Assembly (NCBI GenBank): GCA_000165425.1
Contig: CT868019.1
Coordinates: 620,001 to 667,686, forward strand
Length of the DNA stretch: 47,686 nt
From: Paramecium tetraurelia
Lineage: Eukaryota
Direction: 5' to 3'
Positions 1-15,203 of this stretch are shown here, one piece after another; position 1 is the first letter of the stretch, and the number at the start of each line of letters is the position of its first letter. A model generated the notes under the pieces. The model ran no database searches. It was not told where the DNA came from and was given only the letters and a program-made list of their open reading frames with translations. Both the position numbers and the translations under genes were made by a program.

Positions 1-240
1 ACCTGTAAGTTTTTGTTAAAGATACTGCAAGTGCATATCAAATTTGTTTAAAAATAATAGACAAAGAAGATGAATAATTCAGCAATTAATAAACAATCAA
101 TTATTTGTTACTGAATATGATTAAATTTATGTAACCAACTATTCATCATAATTCTATTCATTAATCATAAACCTGTTACTTAATTCTAAAATAAATAAGC
201 AAGTTTTAGTATATTTATTTAGTAATAAGATATATAAACA

Positions 241-1023
241 TCAATCATATAATATTTGATTTTATCTTGAGGCTTTAAGTTTCTATGCAAATTCTTTGAT
301 TGTGTTGAAAGAAACAAAATTAATTTAAGGTTGAAGTTACGGTAACTTCCTCTCTTTTTATTTTCTTTTCTAGTGTATTGTTTTCCTTTCTGAACTTGCA
401 CTTAGAGACGTATTTGTATTACATTATTGTCTTTCACTCTAAGCTTAACTATTGATAAACTGCTGTTATGGGGACTTCCTTAAACTTATACTTCTAACCT
501 ACTAAATAGGTGGGCATTTGAATTCTTTATACACAACTTCAGGCATTATTTTAGGCTATATACAAATCCTCTCATATTATTTTAGTTGGAAGGAAAATCC
601 GAAATTTGGGCAAATTATTGGTCTTTACTTTCTAACGATATGATAAGCTTTTGAAAACGGATATTTGAATTTCATCATTATATATGCTATAACAATAGCA
701 GGTGATCGACTTATTCCCATTGAACAATGAACTAATAATGAACCTTATTATAAAGCTGATTCAATAAATTCATTCGTTACATCAAAATATTAGAATATAT
801 CAATATCTGGTTTATCCTTTATATAAATGATTTTATGATTGATGTCTGTATATTTCACATCCATTGAATGAATAATTGACAATACACTTTTTATATTATT
901 AACCTTTAAACCAACAATATCTAATGCTGCTGAATAATCACCAAGCCAAATCGAATGGTTATTGATCTTTATGATTTCAGATTAAGATCGATATGGCTCT
1001 AAAAGTCCGAATCTATCAAACAT
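241..1023 (-). CDS. Dual-specificity protein phosphatase (~260 aa, no intron)
   Basis: ATG at 1023 (MFDRFGLLEPY...IWLGDYSAALD), catalytic loop LLVHCSMGISRSPAIVIAYIM at ~680-740, in-frame TGA at 241-243; open with TAA/TAG=Gln. Confidence 0.92.
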
Positions 1024-1869
1024 TAATTATTATTCAATTATAAATAAAATAACATGATTTTATAAAACTTTCCTATTGTTTAATGATTAACAATATAATT
1101 ATCAACCACGCCACTTCGATTTTATACTTCATAAAATGTGACTGAATAAAAAATTGCAAATTTTATTTGTTGCATTTTTTAAATAAGAACCTAATTCTCA
1201 CTTTACACATATTTAATAAATGAATTAGAAATATAAAGAATTAAATAAAAATCAAAGTCAGATATTGGAATAATATTCTTCTCCCCTGAATTTATATGTT
1301 AAATTAATTTTATATGTTTTATTGTTGATAGCTTAGAATATGTAAGAAAATGGTAGAATCATTAGTAAAATGATAGACTGAGGACCGTAGAAGGTAAAGT
1401 GCTTAAATTTTTATGATCGAATTACTCTATTTATATTAAAGAATAAAAATATTATAAAATAATAATCTTAAAACTTTATTAATAACCCCTTTTAAATTAA
1501 GAAAGGCAAATATATTCATTTATGCTATCATTAAAAAAGAGACAAACAAAAAAATATCAGATGATAAATAAAAATAAAAGAGTTTGATTAGAGATGAAAT
1601 AAATATGATCATATCAATTAATACATTAACGTGTAAAAGCAATATTAACCTCATCATTTGAACGGTTAAATGGAAATTCCTTAAGGAAAATGGATAAGGA
1701 ATTAAAAAAAGGGTAATTTATGGGTGTATTGAGACTAAACAGAAATATATCCAAAAATAAATGAATATTTGCAGTTATTTATTCAAATATTATAAATTTA
1801 CAAATAAATGATTAATGATGATATTAGAAATGTAATACAATTATATTTTAATGTATAATTATACAAATA

Positions 1870-4800
1870 TCACGTAAAACTATTTTCTGGCACATAATAT
1901 TCTTTTTAAGTAACTTTTATATTCAAATCTTCTTCACATAAAAATTATAACGGGAAAATTACAGCATGACCTTTAATGAACGACTTGAATTAATCATATT
2001 CATCTAGATGTTTATTTGCTTTAAACTAAAAGTAATGAAATAATAAAGTACCTCTTAATAATCCGATACTTTCCTGATGTCATCATGAGGATAACATGCA
2101 AAGACTTATTTATACATTCTTGTGTTGATGTTTGCTTATGCTGTTGATTCTTTTTCAAATTATAAATTCAAGGGATCAATGACTTTTTCGTATGGCATAT
2201 CAAAATGTTCCATGTAAAGTGAAGTACGAAGAGTATGTGCAAATTTAGATGCTACATAAGGTTAGCCATCCATGATAGTATCAACTGTTACTTAATCTTA
2301 AACAATTATAGCAAGTTCTGAATCTCTATTTCCTTGCAAACTTCGATCATTGATATTTGCAGATCCTATTAATGCTATTTGATCGTCAATAATCATTAAT
2401 TTGGAGTGAATATATATTATTTCAGTTACAGGTATTGAGTTAGGTTAAGGAGATAATTCATGCTATCTAAGTCCAAAGAATTAAATATAATTTTCTGGTT
2501 TGATTCCTTCTTATTTTAATTATTCGATTATAGATTTGCCCCCTCTACTCATGGTTTGATATTCAAAATGCAATTGAACTTTTAGGACAGCACTATTGGA
2601 TTGATCAATTTCTCCCTCAAATCCTGGTAAAAGAGGAAGAAATACGATAACTTTGAATCTCTATTATTTTTCATGTGCATCTTTGATTCTAGAAATGAGA
2701 GCTTGTGCAACTAAATTTTTAACAGGATAGCCAGCTGTGTTACTTATAAAGAATTGATTTTCAATATAAATGAAATGCTTAGCATCTTCAATAAGTGAGA
2801 GATAAGCATTTTAAATAGACTTTTCAGTTTATTTAATACCAGTTGACCATTTACAAGATGATCTTGTCAATTATGTTATACAACTTTCTATAAAAATTAA
2901 GAAAAAAGATTACATTAATTTTAATTTATGTCAATGTGAGGAATGAAAAACTCTAAATTAATTCTTGCTTATATTCCTTCAGTATTCCCTTAATTTTTGA
3001 GTTCAGATTTCTCTATTTTCATTTTACTTTTCTGTTTATTCTGAATTTGTTATTATTGAGTTTATAAAATGTAATAATTCTGATCTTCATCTTCTTCATC
3101 ATCTTCTTATGTTGGAATAAACATTTTTTCATGCTTCTAATAATTTTGGAAATCCTTATATTGTTATTGAATAAATTGTTGTGCATTGGATTGTTGTTAA
3201 GATTCAATTTGTTCTTATTATTTTATAGTCTGATTCATTTCTATTTAAACCTCTTGTGTTTTTATTTCATCTAATAGTATAGGTTGTTTCATCTGAATTA
3301 AAGATTCTTTTCTTCCTGTATAAACTACATTCGAATAATCAACAAAACTAGAAGTATTGGAAGGCACAAATCCTTCCATTTTTAAATCGTTGGCATGTAT
3401 TAATTGCTATTTCTTCTTCTTTTATTTGGTCATCATCACATGATTCCAATATTGAACGAAGTGTCTAGATAAATCTATTACTGTGTCTCCTTAAATCTCT
3501 ATAATATAAAAGGAATTCTTACAAATTGCAATGTCATGCCAAGGCATTCTTGGTTCATTTTCTTTCAGAAGAGTCGCCTCATAATTTCTTACATCAAAGA
3601 AATCTCGAACTCTAGAATTTGAAAAATCTATTTAAGGCCATAGTTATTCGAAAGGATGAACCTCAAATAAAGGATGTTTTTAAGTATCCCACCTTCCGAA
3701 ACATAAATCCAAACCACCCATAAATCCAATTTTTTAATCTATTACTACCATTTTTTCATGATGAGAAAAGATTTTTGGTATTTTCTAAGGTGGATGCTTT
3801 AAAACCCTAATATTTGGAGACATACTTTCTAATTACATCTTCGCATGTTTTGGGTCATTATATAAAAAGGATAGTAGAGCATTGTACAATAATACCAAAA
3901 CTTAGACTCCCTTATCAGCTGCTAATTTCAATACATTATCAAGTCTAGTATACAGAAACTCACTAGATTAAGCGTATTTCCTCACATCTACAGGTCTCTT
4001 TAAATACATCTCTGGACTCAGCCACCAATCAGTTATGTAGATTGTTTATTTTGCTTTCAAGATGGCATCACAGACATCTTCAAAATATTTATCCCCATCT
4101 ATATACCATTTGCATTCAGAAGTTCTGATCGGAGAAAATGATCCAAATCTATGCAATTTCGTATACGGACTATCCTTAATTGATCTAAATAGAGAATAAA
4201 TAAAGTCAATGAAAATTGTCAAACTTCCAGCACGCAATATTAATTTCCTCTATGAAAATTATATGATAATTTTATTATCATCTCCTGTCTCCTTTTTGCC
4301 GTATTAAAAACTGAAATCAGAATCAAAACTTAGACATTCTCTAATTTAACATTTATCCTTCTCAGGCCCTTTTAAATAGAGTAGGGATTGCTGAGTTATT
4401 ATAAAATATCTCTTTTGCCATTTCGCAAGCTTTGTTTCAAATGATTCACAGCAGTTTGTTGTGGCTCTGCCTCCTGATTTCTTTTCCATAAAACCTTCCT
4501 TCATTTTGAATGGCAAATTGATACAAGAGATTTCTAAAAATGTTAATGCACATTATGGAATGATCTCATTGCAGGTGATCATCTGCAAGAATTTATGAAG
4601 TAGAACTAATGTTTTTTTGGGATCATCTGTTTCCAGACTTCCTGTTATTTTCTTTTTTTGGAAAATGTAATAAAATATATTATTCGCCATGTCTTGCTCT
4701 AATTATTTAAATTATCCAACTGTTCTTCTTATCTCCCAACCTTAACCATCATATATCACTTTGAATACAAACACTCTTTCATTCATATGATTCGCATATT

Positions 4801-4939
4801 TTGTTTCGAATTGATTATCAAATACCTTATTATTTAATGATCCTATTAATTCCTTCACAGTAGTATGTGAAATAGCCTTAATTTCTATTTTATTATATTA
4901 AATGTCCCGAAATCTCTGTTGAGGTTAAGAATCTGTCAT
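1870..4939 (-). CDS. Phospholipase D of the PX-PH-PLD (PLD1/2-like) type
   Basis: ATG 4939; PH-like [51 protein letters not shown]1 [21 protein letters not shown] (~3690-3765); RMPWHD; HKD2 [21 protein letters not shown] (~2340-2420). Introns 3509-3532, 2888-2913, ~2026-2051; TGA 1870-1872. Confidence 0.95.
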
Positions 4940-5395
4940 TTAATTAATTTTTGATAAATATTTATTAAATTTATTGTACAAAATTTAAACCTCTCATTCT
5001 AGATACTTCTGTTCATTATAACAATTCCAATATTTGAAAAATTTTCTTTATTTTCTATCTTTAAAATGATATATGAATCATATCTCCCTTTTATAATTCA
5101 ATAAAATAATCATTGGATTATTAAAACTAATTCGAATATCAAATATATTAAGAATTCAGTAGAATCATTCCAATATCTAAAAAATCATTAGTCTGTTAAC
5201 GGTTTATCAACAATAGACACTGTAGCATTAGTAAGATTTAGTTAATTACTCTACTTTATAGTTCATAAATCATTTTAAAATAAAAACTATTAAAAATAAA
5301 TAATTAAATCTGATTGAATTATGTTTAAAAAGTTAATAAAGAAATGAGTATTTTATATATGTTAATAAATTTTATTTCAATAGTAAAACGATTAA

Positions 5396-6389
5396 TCATT
5401 TAATGTTTTGGCTCTCTCTTATTAAGAATGGCATCTTTAATTTTTAATTTTTAGATTAACTTAATTTGTCTTACATTATTTAGTTGTGGCCTTTTTCTTT
5501 TTCTGAGTTACTATTCCAGATCTTAAGGTTTTAGACAACGAGGAATTTAAAAACTATTAGGCAAGTTATGTAAAGGACTTATTTCTTATAACTTATAAAA
5601 ATTATGTTACTATTTATCTTCAAAATATTAAAGCTTCATATTTTTTTTTTTATATCCTTAACCTTAAACTTATCTAGACTTTTGAGATGATAGCAAACTC
5701 AGCATTTTGTCTTGTCTATCTTAAGTTGTTTCTGTTGGTAATCTTTCTTAACTTGTGCATGCATTTTTATAATTTTTCTATAAACTTAATTCTCTTTCAA
5801 GTGTCTTAAGAATTCATTAAATTTGTTTTTTACCAACACTTTTACTTTCTATCGTTTTAAGTCCTATTGTAAAGATATAATCTCATCCTGTAAAGAATCT
5901 CCCCAAACCTTTATTTCTTATTAAATCTATTATATAACTACAAGAATACTCTAATATGATTTCTAATCTCTGATTCAGCTTCAACTAATTTTTATTCTAA
6001 TAAAACATGCTGATGTTATAATTATTTATAACCTATCAAAAATGATTCAACAATTTAACAAATTATTCTAAATGATGCTGCAATATCATCTACACAATGT
6101 TAATTAGGAAAATCGCCATCATCTGGCATAGACATATACTCTTTATAATATAATGTAACCTTTAATTTAATGAATGAGATCATACTTTTTTGAATAAGTC
6201 TTTTATGATTTTTTCTTCATTTTCATTTAACTGCATAAAAATTAAATTTTTATTCTAAATATTAATTTTATGCTTGAAAGATCATTTTTATATAGATCTG
6301 GGTAAATTTAGAATACAAATAAAAGAATATTAATATATAGTAATAATTCAATAAATGTGTGTATTACTTGATTTATAATAATTATTCAT
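5396..6389 (-). CDS. Hypothetical coiled-coil protein (spliced; both ends approximate)
   Basis: Spliced frame reads LLEQKLVEAESEIRNHIR|IQQEIKVWGDSLQDE...VL|TLERELSLQ with short GTA..AG introns at ~5928-5950 and ~5806-5834. First and last exons not resolved. Confidence 0.55.
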
Positions 6390-6727
6390 ATTTATAAATA
6401 TATTAAAATACTTAAACTAACAATGTAACTTAAAGATGTTTAAAATCAAGAAACTATTCAAGAGATTTCAAACTTAATTCCAAATTCAATAATTATTAAT
6501 TATTTTTTGAACACTTAACCATTACTTAGAAATTGAAATATAATACAATTCTGCATAAATGCTTAAATACATACTTAATAGTAGATAGAGAATTTTTTTA
6601 ACAATAAGAAATAATATATACAAAATAAAACAATACCATATGGAAATTGATTTCTGAATTATATGAGAACAATTTGAAAACAAGATTTTTTTATAATTAA
6701 ATTATAATATATATATTGATTGTAAAG

Positions 6728-7900
6728 ATGCTCTTAAGATAAAAGGATAGTTTATTACGTTCTAGTTTTCCCACAAATATTGTTAATAGATAATAAGGAA
6801 CAAATCAGTAATTAACTATAGAATATAAATGATTATGTTAAATAATCTATGACGATCCTCTGCTCAGAATATTGAAAAGTGATGAGATTGCAATATCACA
6901 TAGGACATAACCAAACAAATTTTCTAATAATCGCTGGATTATGAACTTATTTTCAAAAGAGTTGAGATTAGGATGAAATTATTGATTATATGAATAATGA
7001 ATGTCTTTTCTTGTAAAACCAAACCTCATTTGATTAGATCGGCTTTTTGAATATTATGAAAGATTTAAATTTTGTTAAAATAGAAAAAATAATTTAATTT
7101 AAACAAATACACAATGTATATTCTTTAATGAGTACATAAGCTTAGATTGTAATATAAATGAATCTTTTTATCAAAATATTAATATAATATTGATGACGTG
7201 ATTCAAATATTACTGAAAACCATTTTCAGGAACTCTTAATCTAAATTGATACTTATAATAATTAATATAAATTAAATTTAAAGATAGATGTAAGGAAATA
7301 AAAACAAAAACGCAACCCTAATATCTATATACTGCCCGAAATAAAAAATACGAGTAAACTCAACTTCACAAATAATGGCTAATTAAATGGTCATTAATAA
7401 CCTAAGTGGACAAAGAGTGCAAACTGAACAAAGCAGAAGAATTAAAACAATTCGAAGTCAGAAGTTTAAGCTATAGTACAAATCTGAGAACAGAGAAACA
7501 ATTAAATTCAGTAATTACTTTAAATTGTCGTCATCTGATTCAAGAAAATAGTCTAATTATAATTCTCATGTTAATACATCAACTTCAGATAATGAGGAAA
7601 AAGCCTTGATGATTCAAAAAATCATATTTTCCATAAAGTCACCACTTTAAAGTCTAAGGTATCAAGGCTCAATTCTTGATAAAAGACATTAAAATATAGA
7701 TTTAAATAGGAGGAAAACTCTTAGAAACTCATTATTAACGAATTCATACAAGAATCAAAATTTTTTAATGACTGGCAATGACTGTGGATGGTCAAGAAAA
7801 TCTTCAGAAAGTCTTATCTTTGTATGATAAGACAAATATAAAATTATTTGTATATAGTGATAGATGTTTTATTCATTTACATTAAATAAATAGTACTAAT
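6728..7900 (+). pseudogene. Degenerate protein-coding remnant, family unassigned
   Basis: Protein-like segments (DDPLLRILKSDEIAISHR; EIIDYMNNECLF; MTVDGQENLQKVLSLYDKTNI) fall in different frames separated by TGAs that short introns do not obviously remove. Confidence 0.35.
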
Positions 7901-8747
7901 ATTCTTAACTCTTAAATAAATGAAATTTATAACTATAGTATAAATGAATATCCTATTTTGTAAGAAATATTTTAAATATTATGATAAAATAGATGATTTT
8001 ATACAAAAATAATATTAATAAGACAATCAATTAATATTAAAAATATTATTGATAAAATTATTTTGCATTCAAACTGTATTTTGGGGTATATTTATATATA
8101 AGTTAATTAATAAAAGAAACACAAATATTAAATAAAAAGCTTAAAATTGTTTTATGGATCTAAAAATAGTTATCTCTCTTTGAAACAAGTTATATCTCCT
8201 AAACAAAGAAATCTCATCCATCAATACAATTCTTTTGTTTTTATGTTTAATTATAAATAAAAAATATAGATGATGCAAATTATAATAATATTTAAATTTC
8301 CTTAATAAAATTTAATTTGCACAATTGTATTATTATACCTTAACAAATCAACTTAATTAATAAGTGCCATTCGATATATTGAATTATACTCATTTTAAAA
8401 ACAATTATTGTAAAAAATAATTATTGTTAGGATAAATTTCTTCCAATTGAATGCTACCTATAAATTAATTTTTGTTTCATATTATCAGATATTCATATAA
8501 TTATGTGTAAAATTAAAATAAGTATTACTTTCTAATTGATTTCAAAATCCCTTAATCTAAAAATATTTAGGAATTGGATAAACACGCAAATTGAGCAAAT
8601 TCGCTAAAAAAACATTCATTTCAGTTAATTACAAAAATATAGAAAATTTATTATGTTTGAAATTGATACCAAGAAAGAGCATTATAAAACAATTTATAAT
8701 ATTTTTTAAAACATGTTCATTATGAAAAATATGAATTAAATATTTTA

Positions 8748-11700
8748 ATGGATAAAATAATTATGATTTTCCTCTTATACACAACAAGGATGTATTGTTA
8801 GCTTAATTCTTAATGGACTACTATATATAATGGAGTTTACGAAGCCAAGAATATTTATTGTACTAATATTAATTGCATCTATGGTTTCAAAAACTCTCTA
8901 ACAAATAGTCCAGCCAATTTTGTTAATTGCTCAAGTTCCCCATAAACCGCAATTTTATTAGACAGCTTATAAATGTCAATTATTTAAAGTTAAACAACCT
9001 TAAGCCCTTTAACTCCTAATGTTAAAAAATTATTGCTTTTTGATGTCTATTTCACATCTTAATGGATGAATGACGCAATCGATATCAATTACGATAGTTA
9101 TTATTATCAAGTAAGATATACCACATAAGACCCTTTATATTTTTCTTAAGGATTATGCAGTTCGATTTAATTTGAAATTAAAACTTTTTATCTTATCTTA
9201 CCTTACACATCTAGCAATTTCACTTACCCTATTTTTTCAATAGTCAACCCTATAAATTAGGCTTAAATTAGAAATGTACATGTTGGTTTTTTATCATGCT
9301 ATCCAAAATGCTTATCATGTAATGGGCCAAACATGATAGATTGCTTAGTTTGGGATGTAATATTCAGTAGATGTTCACTTAGACAAAGTATTTTGCCTAA
9401 TGGAACTTGCGTAAATCAATGCCCAATAAAAAATTCAATAGTAAGGTCTTAAAATCGAATTTGTGTTGACTTTAAACAAATATCATTTTTTTGGTCTAAT
9501 TTAGCTACTTTAGATTTGACAACGTTATTAAATTGGAATATAATATATGATCCATTGCATCTCGATGTATCAAATAAAAAGGTTTCCCCCTACAATTTTG
9601 GAGTATTTCACTTTAGAGAAGGGGCATATATTGCTATGAATATAAATTCCGGAAATTATACAGTGGGAGCACAGATCTAAATAGTTTTCTGTAATTCAAT
9701 ACCAGCAGGATCAGGAGTGTCATTTTATGTTAATTCTACCTATTATGGTTCAACTTTCTATGATGGTACCCAATTCAAATTTGATAATGTTAATTTAAGA
9801 GATTTAAAGGCTTATCCAAATACAGGGTAATGTACAAATAATATCTTTATTGAACTTGATATGTTTTTCCCTATTTTGTAGAAGAAATTCATGTTTATAA
9901 TCCAAGGGAATTTTACGTATTATAAATTATCCTAAATAGTTAACCGAATGCAGGGTGGTTTTTTAGATTATTTACATTAACTTCTGGTTTTTGCCCTCTT
10001 AACTGTATTCTATGTAATTAAAGATACATGTGTTAAACTTGTGCAAGTGGATTCTACAAAGTATCAGATGGAACTTGTTCCTTATAATATTGTCCTGCTG
10101 ATTCACTTCTAATCAATTCGATTTGCGTATATTATAATTAAGAAACTAAATGTAATATTAATTTTTATCTAATTAGATTCCAAATATTTAATCAAAGAAT
10201 TCTATGATTTCACAGTAAAGGATACCTTAAATGCAACTTTTCTGTTGGAAACTAGTTTTCCTACAGATTTTTAAAAAGGACCTGACATTTTTTGGTCTTA
10301 TCTAACTAATAAAACCATCTTTGGAGGAAAATTTGTCTGGGCATAATCTAGATTTTCCTAGATATATACTTTGGATCCACATCATTCATTAACTATATAT
10401 TTCTAGATTATATTTGGTCCCAATTTTCCAGTTTCCCCTTTAAATTATTTTTCATATGAAATTAATAATGGTACTGAATAAAGAGTTTTATAATCACTAA
10501 ATCCAGTTTAGATTATAGAGAAGGTCTTAACCTATAATCCAACATTGACAATTGCTATATAATGTTATGGTGTTGATGTTGTCGATTCCTATTGTGGAAT
10601 ATCAAACTATTATATTGTTGTTCATTACTGTAAACCATATTGCAATTAATGTACAAATGAATTAACTTGCGATTAATGGATGGCTTACAATCCAAGTGTT
10701 GTAAAAGTAGAATAATCATAATGTTTATCGAATTAATTTTTAGATGAAACTACTTCCACATGTGAAGACTGCCCTAATGAATGTCTTACTTGTTTTAATG
10801 AATATGAATGTTTAACATGCCAGCCTAATTTTCGATTGGTATCTACCACTTGTATTTTAAATTGTCAACTTAATTAATACTATGACGGTACAAGTTGCTT
10901 AAATTGCCATTATAGTTGCAAATAGTGTTAGTCAAGCAACTATTGTATACATTGTGAAACTAAATCTTTGCGATATCTTGAAAATGGATAATGTATATGC
11001 TATGATGGTTATTTTGACTAAAATAATATACAATAATGTTAACCATGTGATAAACTATGTAGTAAATGCAGTGGACCTACTAATAAAAATTGTTAAGCTT
11101 GTACAGTTTTAAATTATTTAATATTAAATGGAAATACTTGTGAATGCAGTAATGGATATTACTTTGATGAATATTAATTGAAATGTTTGGCTTGTTCAAA
11201 AAAGTGTGAAAATTGCTTTGAGTCATCAAATTCTTCTTGTTTATCTTGTCATTCAACACAATTAAGAGTTCTAGATGGATTTGATTGTAAATGCCAATTG
11301 GGATATTATGATAATAGTTCAGATTCGTGTATTTAATGTCCTGCTGTGGAAGATAGTTCACTTACCTCTTGTTATAAGATTTGTGGAAATGGCATTTCCA
11401 TTTGGTTTAATTAGAGTTGTCCTACAATTATTTGTCCATCTGGTTACAATAATGTAAATGATTAATGCTTACCTATTTGTGGAGATTTATAAGTAGTAAC
11501 AGAAGAACAATGTGATGATGGAAATTTAATCTAATTTGATGGATGTCATAATTGTAGATTTCAATGTCCTGCCTAATGTACTGTTTGTAATAGTACAACA
11601 GTTTTTCCTTGTTTAGACATTTGTGGAGATGGAGTAGTTAGTGGATTAGAAGAATGTGATGATTCGAACTCTATTTAATTTGATGGATGCTATCAATGTA

Positions 11701-14700
11701 AAAACGAATGTTAACCATAATGTACAAGATGTAACAAAGGAACATGTACTGAATGTCTTGAGTTTGGCTGGACTTTAGATCCATATAACAGAGTATGTAT
11801 TGAATCATGCGGAGATAAAATCTAAGTTGGAAATGAGTAATGTGAAGATATGAACACTCTAATGTTGGATGGATGTTATAATTGTAGGTTGTCATGTTAA
11901 TAATCATGTTTTACATGCACAAATATTGGGTGTACATCATGTACGGCTGGCTTTAGACTTATAGACCATTATTGTAAAAATATATGTGGAGATTCAGTAA
12001 TTGTGGAAGGAGAGGATTGTGACGATGGCAATTAATTTGCATTTGATGGATGTCATCAATGTGTTTATTAATGTTAAACATAATGTTTGCATTGTCTGAA
12101 AGGAGTTTGTTTATTTTGTATTGATGGATATGAAGTGTAGAATGGTGTTTGTGTAGATATACATGAAATTTCAATAATTCCTTATTAGGAATAATACAAA
12201 CCAAAAATAATTGAATTTTGCAAAATATTTATCTAAGGAATCTGTTAAGAATGCCAGAAAGGATATTTATTGAATTAAAATGTTTGCTAATTTTAGAGAA
12301 AAAATGAAATAGTTAAATTAAAGGTTCTGGAAGCTTTACCTTAGTTTATTTAATTTTGTTATTTTTAGATAAATGCTTAGTGTATTATTTGTGATAAGAA
12401 TTTTGAATTAGATATATTTACTAACACATGCATACCAATTTGTGGAGATGGGATAATATCTGGAACAGAAGAATGTGAAGATTTAAATTGGTTGGTGCTT
12501 GATGGATGTTATCAATGTAAGTATCAATGTAGTTCAAATTGTGAAATTTGTGAGTTTGGCGAGTGTATTCATTGTGAAATTAATACAATTATTGTTCCAG
12601 CCACTTTTTAATGTGAAGTATTAGAAATATGTACATAACCAGGAAGTTACTATAATCAAGACACTAATTAATGTTATAGTATTTGTGGAGATGGTGTTAT
12701 ATATTAGAAAGAGGAGTGTGATGATGGCAATGACATCGAATTTGATGGATGCCATAAATGTAAATATTCATGTCTACCAGGTTGTAAGTGCATTAAAGGA
12801 GAATGCTATAGAGATCAGATTAATTGTGAATAAGGATTATACTATTCATTTGCAAGTTAATCTTGTAGACCATAATGTGGAGATGGAATTATAGTATAAC
12901 CCTTTGAAGAATGCGATGATAGTAATGAAATTACTGATGATGAATGCCATCTATGCAAATTATAATGTGGTATTAATTGTTTAGAATGTTCGCCATAAAA
13001 TATCTGTTTATAATGCATATAAGGATATGAACTAGTTAATATGACTTGCTATGAATAAACGATTTCATGCGGAAATAGTGGTTGTAAACTTTGTGAAAAT
13101 GACTTATGTTTGACTTGTTTGACTGGATATTATTTAATCAATGATATGTGTTATTCTTTATGTGGAGATGGAATTATGGCTGATTTAGAAGAGTGCGATG
13201 ATGCCAATCTATTAAATGGGGATGGTTGTGATAATAATTGCACAGAATCAAAGAATAGTAAATGTAAAGATAATGAATGTGTTGTATTAGGTTCAACATA
13301 TTCATTTTTAGAAATTGAAAAAGAATAGTCAGGTGTTCAATATGTCAAACTTAGATACTCTACTAAAATGAGATTAATAGATGGTTTCACTTAATAAGAT
13401 TATCTCGATAATTTAAAATTTGAGATTGAAAATTAAACAGATGTGGTATTTATTTAAATTATGCCAAAAATAAATATTACATATGACCTTTAATTTGTAG
13501 ATATTCAAGTATCGATTGAATTCATTAAATATTGTTAAAATCCTATACTTAAATTACGATTTACGGATAAAAGTATTTTAGTTAATTAGGATGGAGCTGA
13601 GATTTAATAAGATATCTTAAGAATAACGCTATTATCATCAAACTTTTTAAAAGAATAAGAATAAAAGGTTATAAAATCTTTAATTGGGCTTAATGATTAC
13701 ATGTTGAAATTTGCGGCATTGTTAATTGCTATATCATCTATATCAGGATAATCTGAAATCATTTCCAATTTATTAGATACTATTTAATAACTTTATTATT
13801 TAAAATACATTAATTCAAGAATTGGAGTAAATCTACAAAGATTTTTTGAAACATTTAAAATAATTCAATTAACCAATTTTTTTGATTTACTTGGAATTAA
13901 TCCTAATGGATCTATGTCAAGTATTGTATCATTTTACCATTCTGAATACGTCTTCGAAAGTGATGATAGGAATGCAAATTATTTAAATAATATTGCCCAA
14001 ATAATTTTAGTTTACTTAATATTTTTTCCTACATATTTTTCCTTTAAAAAAGCAACTTTTTATTTGTTGAAAAAAATTGATTAATTGACAGGTTTTTATT
14101 CTAATCATGTGTTAGTTGCTGTAGTAAGTGCTATACAAAAACTTTGTCTTAGAATTTAAATGAATAATCTAATTGAATCAATATAAGCAATTTTTTTAAC
14201 GATGATATATGAATTTGGAATCAATACATTCTTAGCCTTAAAATATCAAAAATCTGATTCTGAAGGTAAATTAGGTGTTTCAATTGCAATTTTAATACTA
14301 TATGGAGTTATATTATTATTAATCTCAAATACTTCATTAACCATTCATATAGCAAAATCATAATAATTATCCTAATAAAAGAATAACAGCTTTACTTATT
14401 TATGTATGCAAAAAATGTTTTTTATTTCATTTATCATCTTTTTTTTTGAATCCTCTTAAATTCAAATATTACTATGCCTTTTAAACGAATTCCAATATAT
14501 TTACTTTCTTTATATTCGAAAAATCTAAATGCTACCATCAGAAAATTTTAAGTAATTCACATCTCATTTCCTACAATTCATTATTTTCGGAATGTATCTA
14601 GTCAATGACTTTTATTAATATTAAGCAGATGTTTTAATTATTATAGGTTGGAATATAATTGGTTTAATGAGTACTATACTCTTTATGACTTTAATAATTG

Positions 14701-14834
14701 ATCTAATCAAAATTATTCATCCAATCTGGTAAAAATGCAAAGCGTCAAAAACATCCGAACTTTCGAATAACAAACAAGAAATTTTTTGTATAGTTGAGAA
14801 CCCCTGTAATGCTTAAAGGAGATTTACAGTTTGA
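8748..14834 (+). CDS. Large cysteine-rich repeat (Myxococcus Cys-rich/DUF4215-like plus furin-like repeats) multi-pass membrane protein, ~2000 aa
   Basis: Signal-like N-terminus MDKIIMIFLLYTTRMYC; CxxC furin-like repeats ~10630-11400; about 8 CGDx..EECDDxN...DGC repeats at 11478-13240; C-terminal hydrophobic region beginning NLLDTIQQLYYLKYIN; introns ~9917-9939 and 10152-10176; TGA 14832-14834. Confidence 0.9.
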
Positions 14835-15203
14835 TAGATTTTGTTTTATATTGGATAAAACTATTATATTGAACAATTTATGTATCCATATATCAAATTA
14901 TATTTTCTACTTTAAATAAGGTTTTATTAGGAATCATAAAAATCCATATAATATTAATAATTTATATAATATCTAGGATTATAAATGATCACAAGCTAGT
15001 TATATAAAAATCAACATTATTTGCTTTAATGTCTCTAATGTTATATTTAATGTGAAATAATAATAAAAAATTGATTGTATGCAACTGAGCTCAAAAGAAC
15101 TAAAGTTGAAAGGCAAAAAAGATTACTTATAAATGATTTAAGAATTTTATAAAAAAGTTTAAATAATACTTTCATTTATACAATCTCTATATTTATTAGG
15201 TTA

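Noticed and set aside
1260..1810. Possible small gene between the phosphatase and PLD
   Set aside because: Only short peptide-like fragments in different frames; no consistent model.
11080..12204. His/Asn/Ile-rich minus-strand ORFs (also 43766-44053)
   Set aside because: Antisense of the TGT/GAT-rich Cys-repeat genes.
11478..13240. CRISPR-like regularly spaced repeats (tgtggagat...tgtgatgat)
   Set aside because: Degenerate at wobble positions and in frame: these are protein repeats in a eukaryotic gene.
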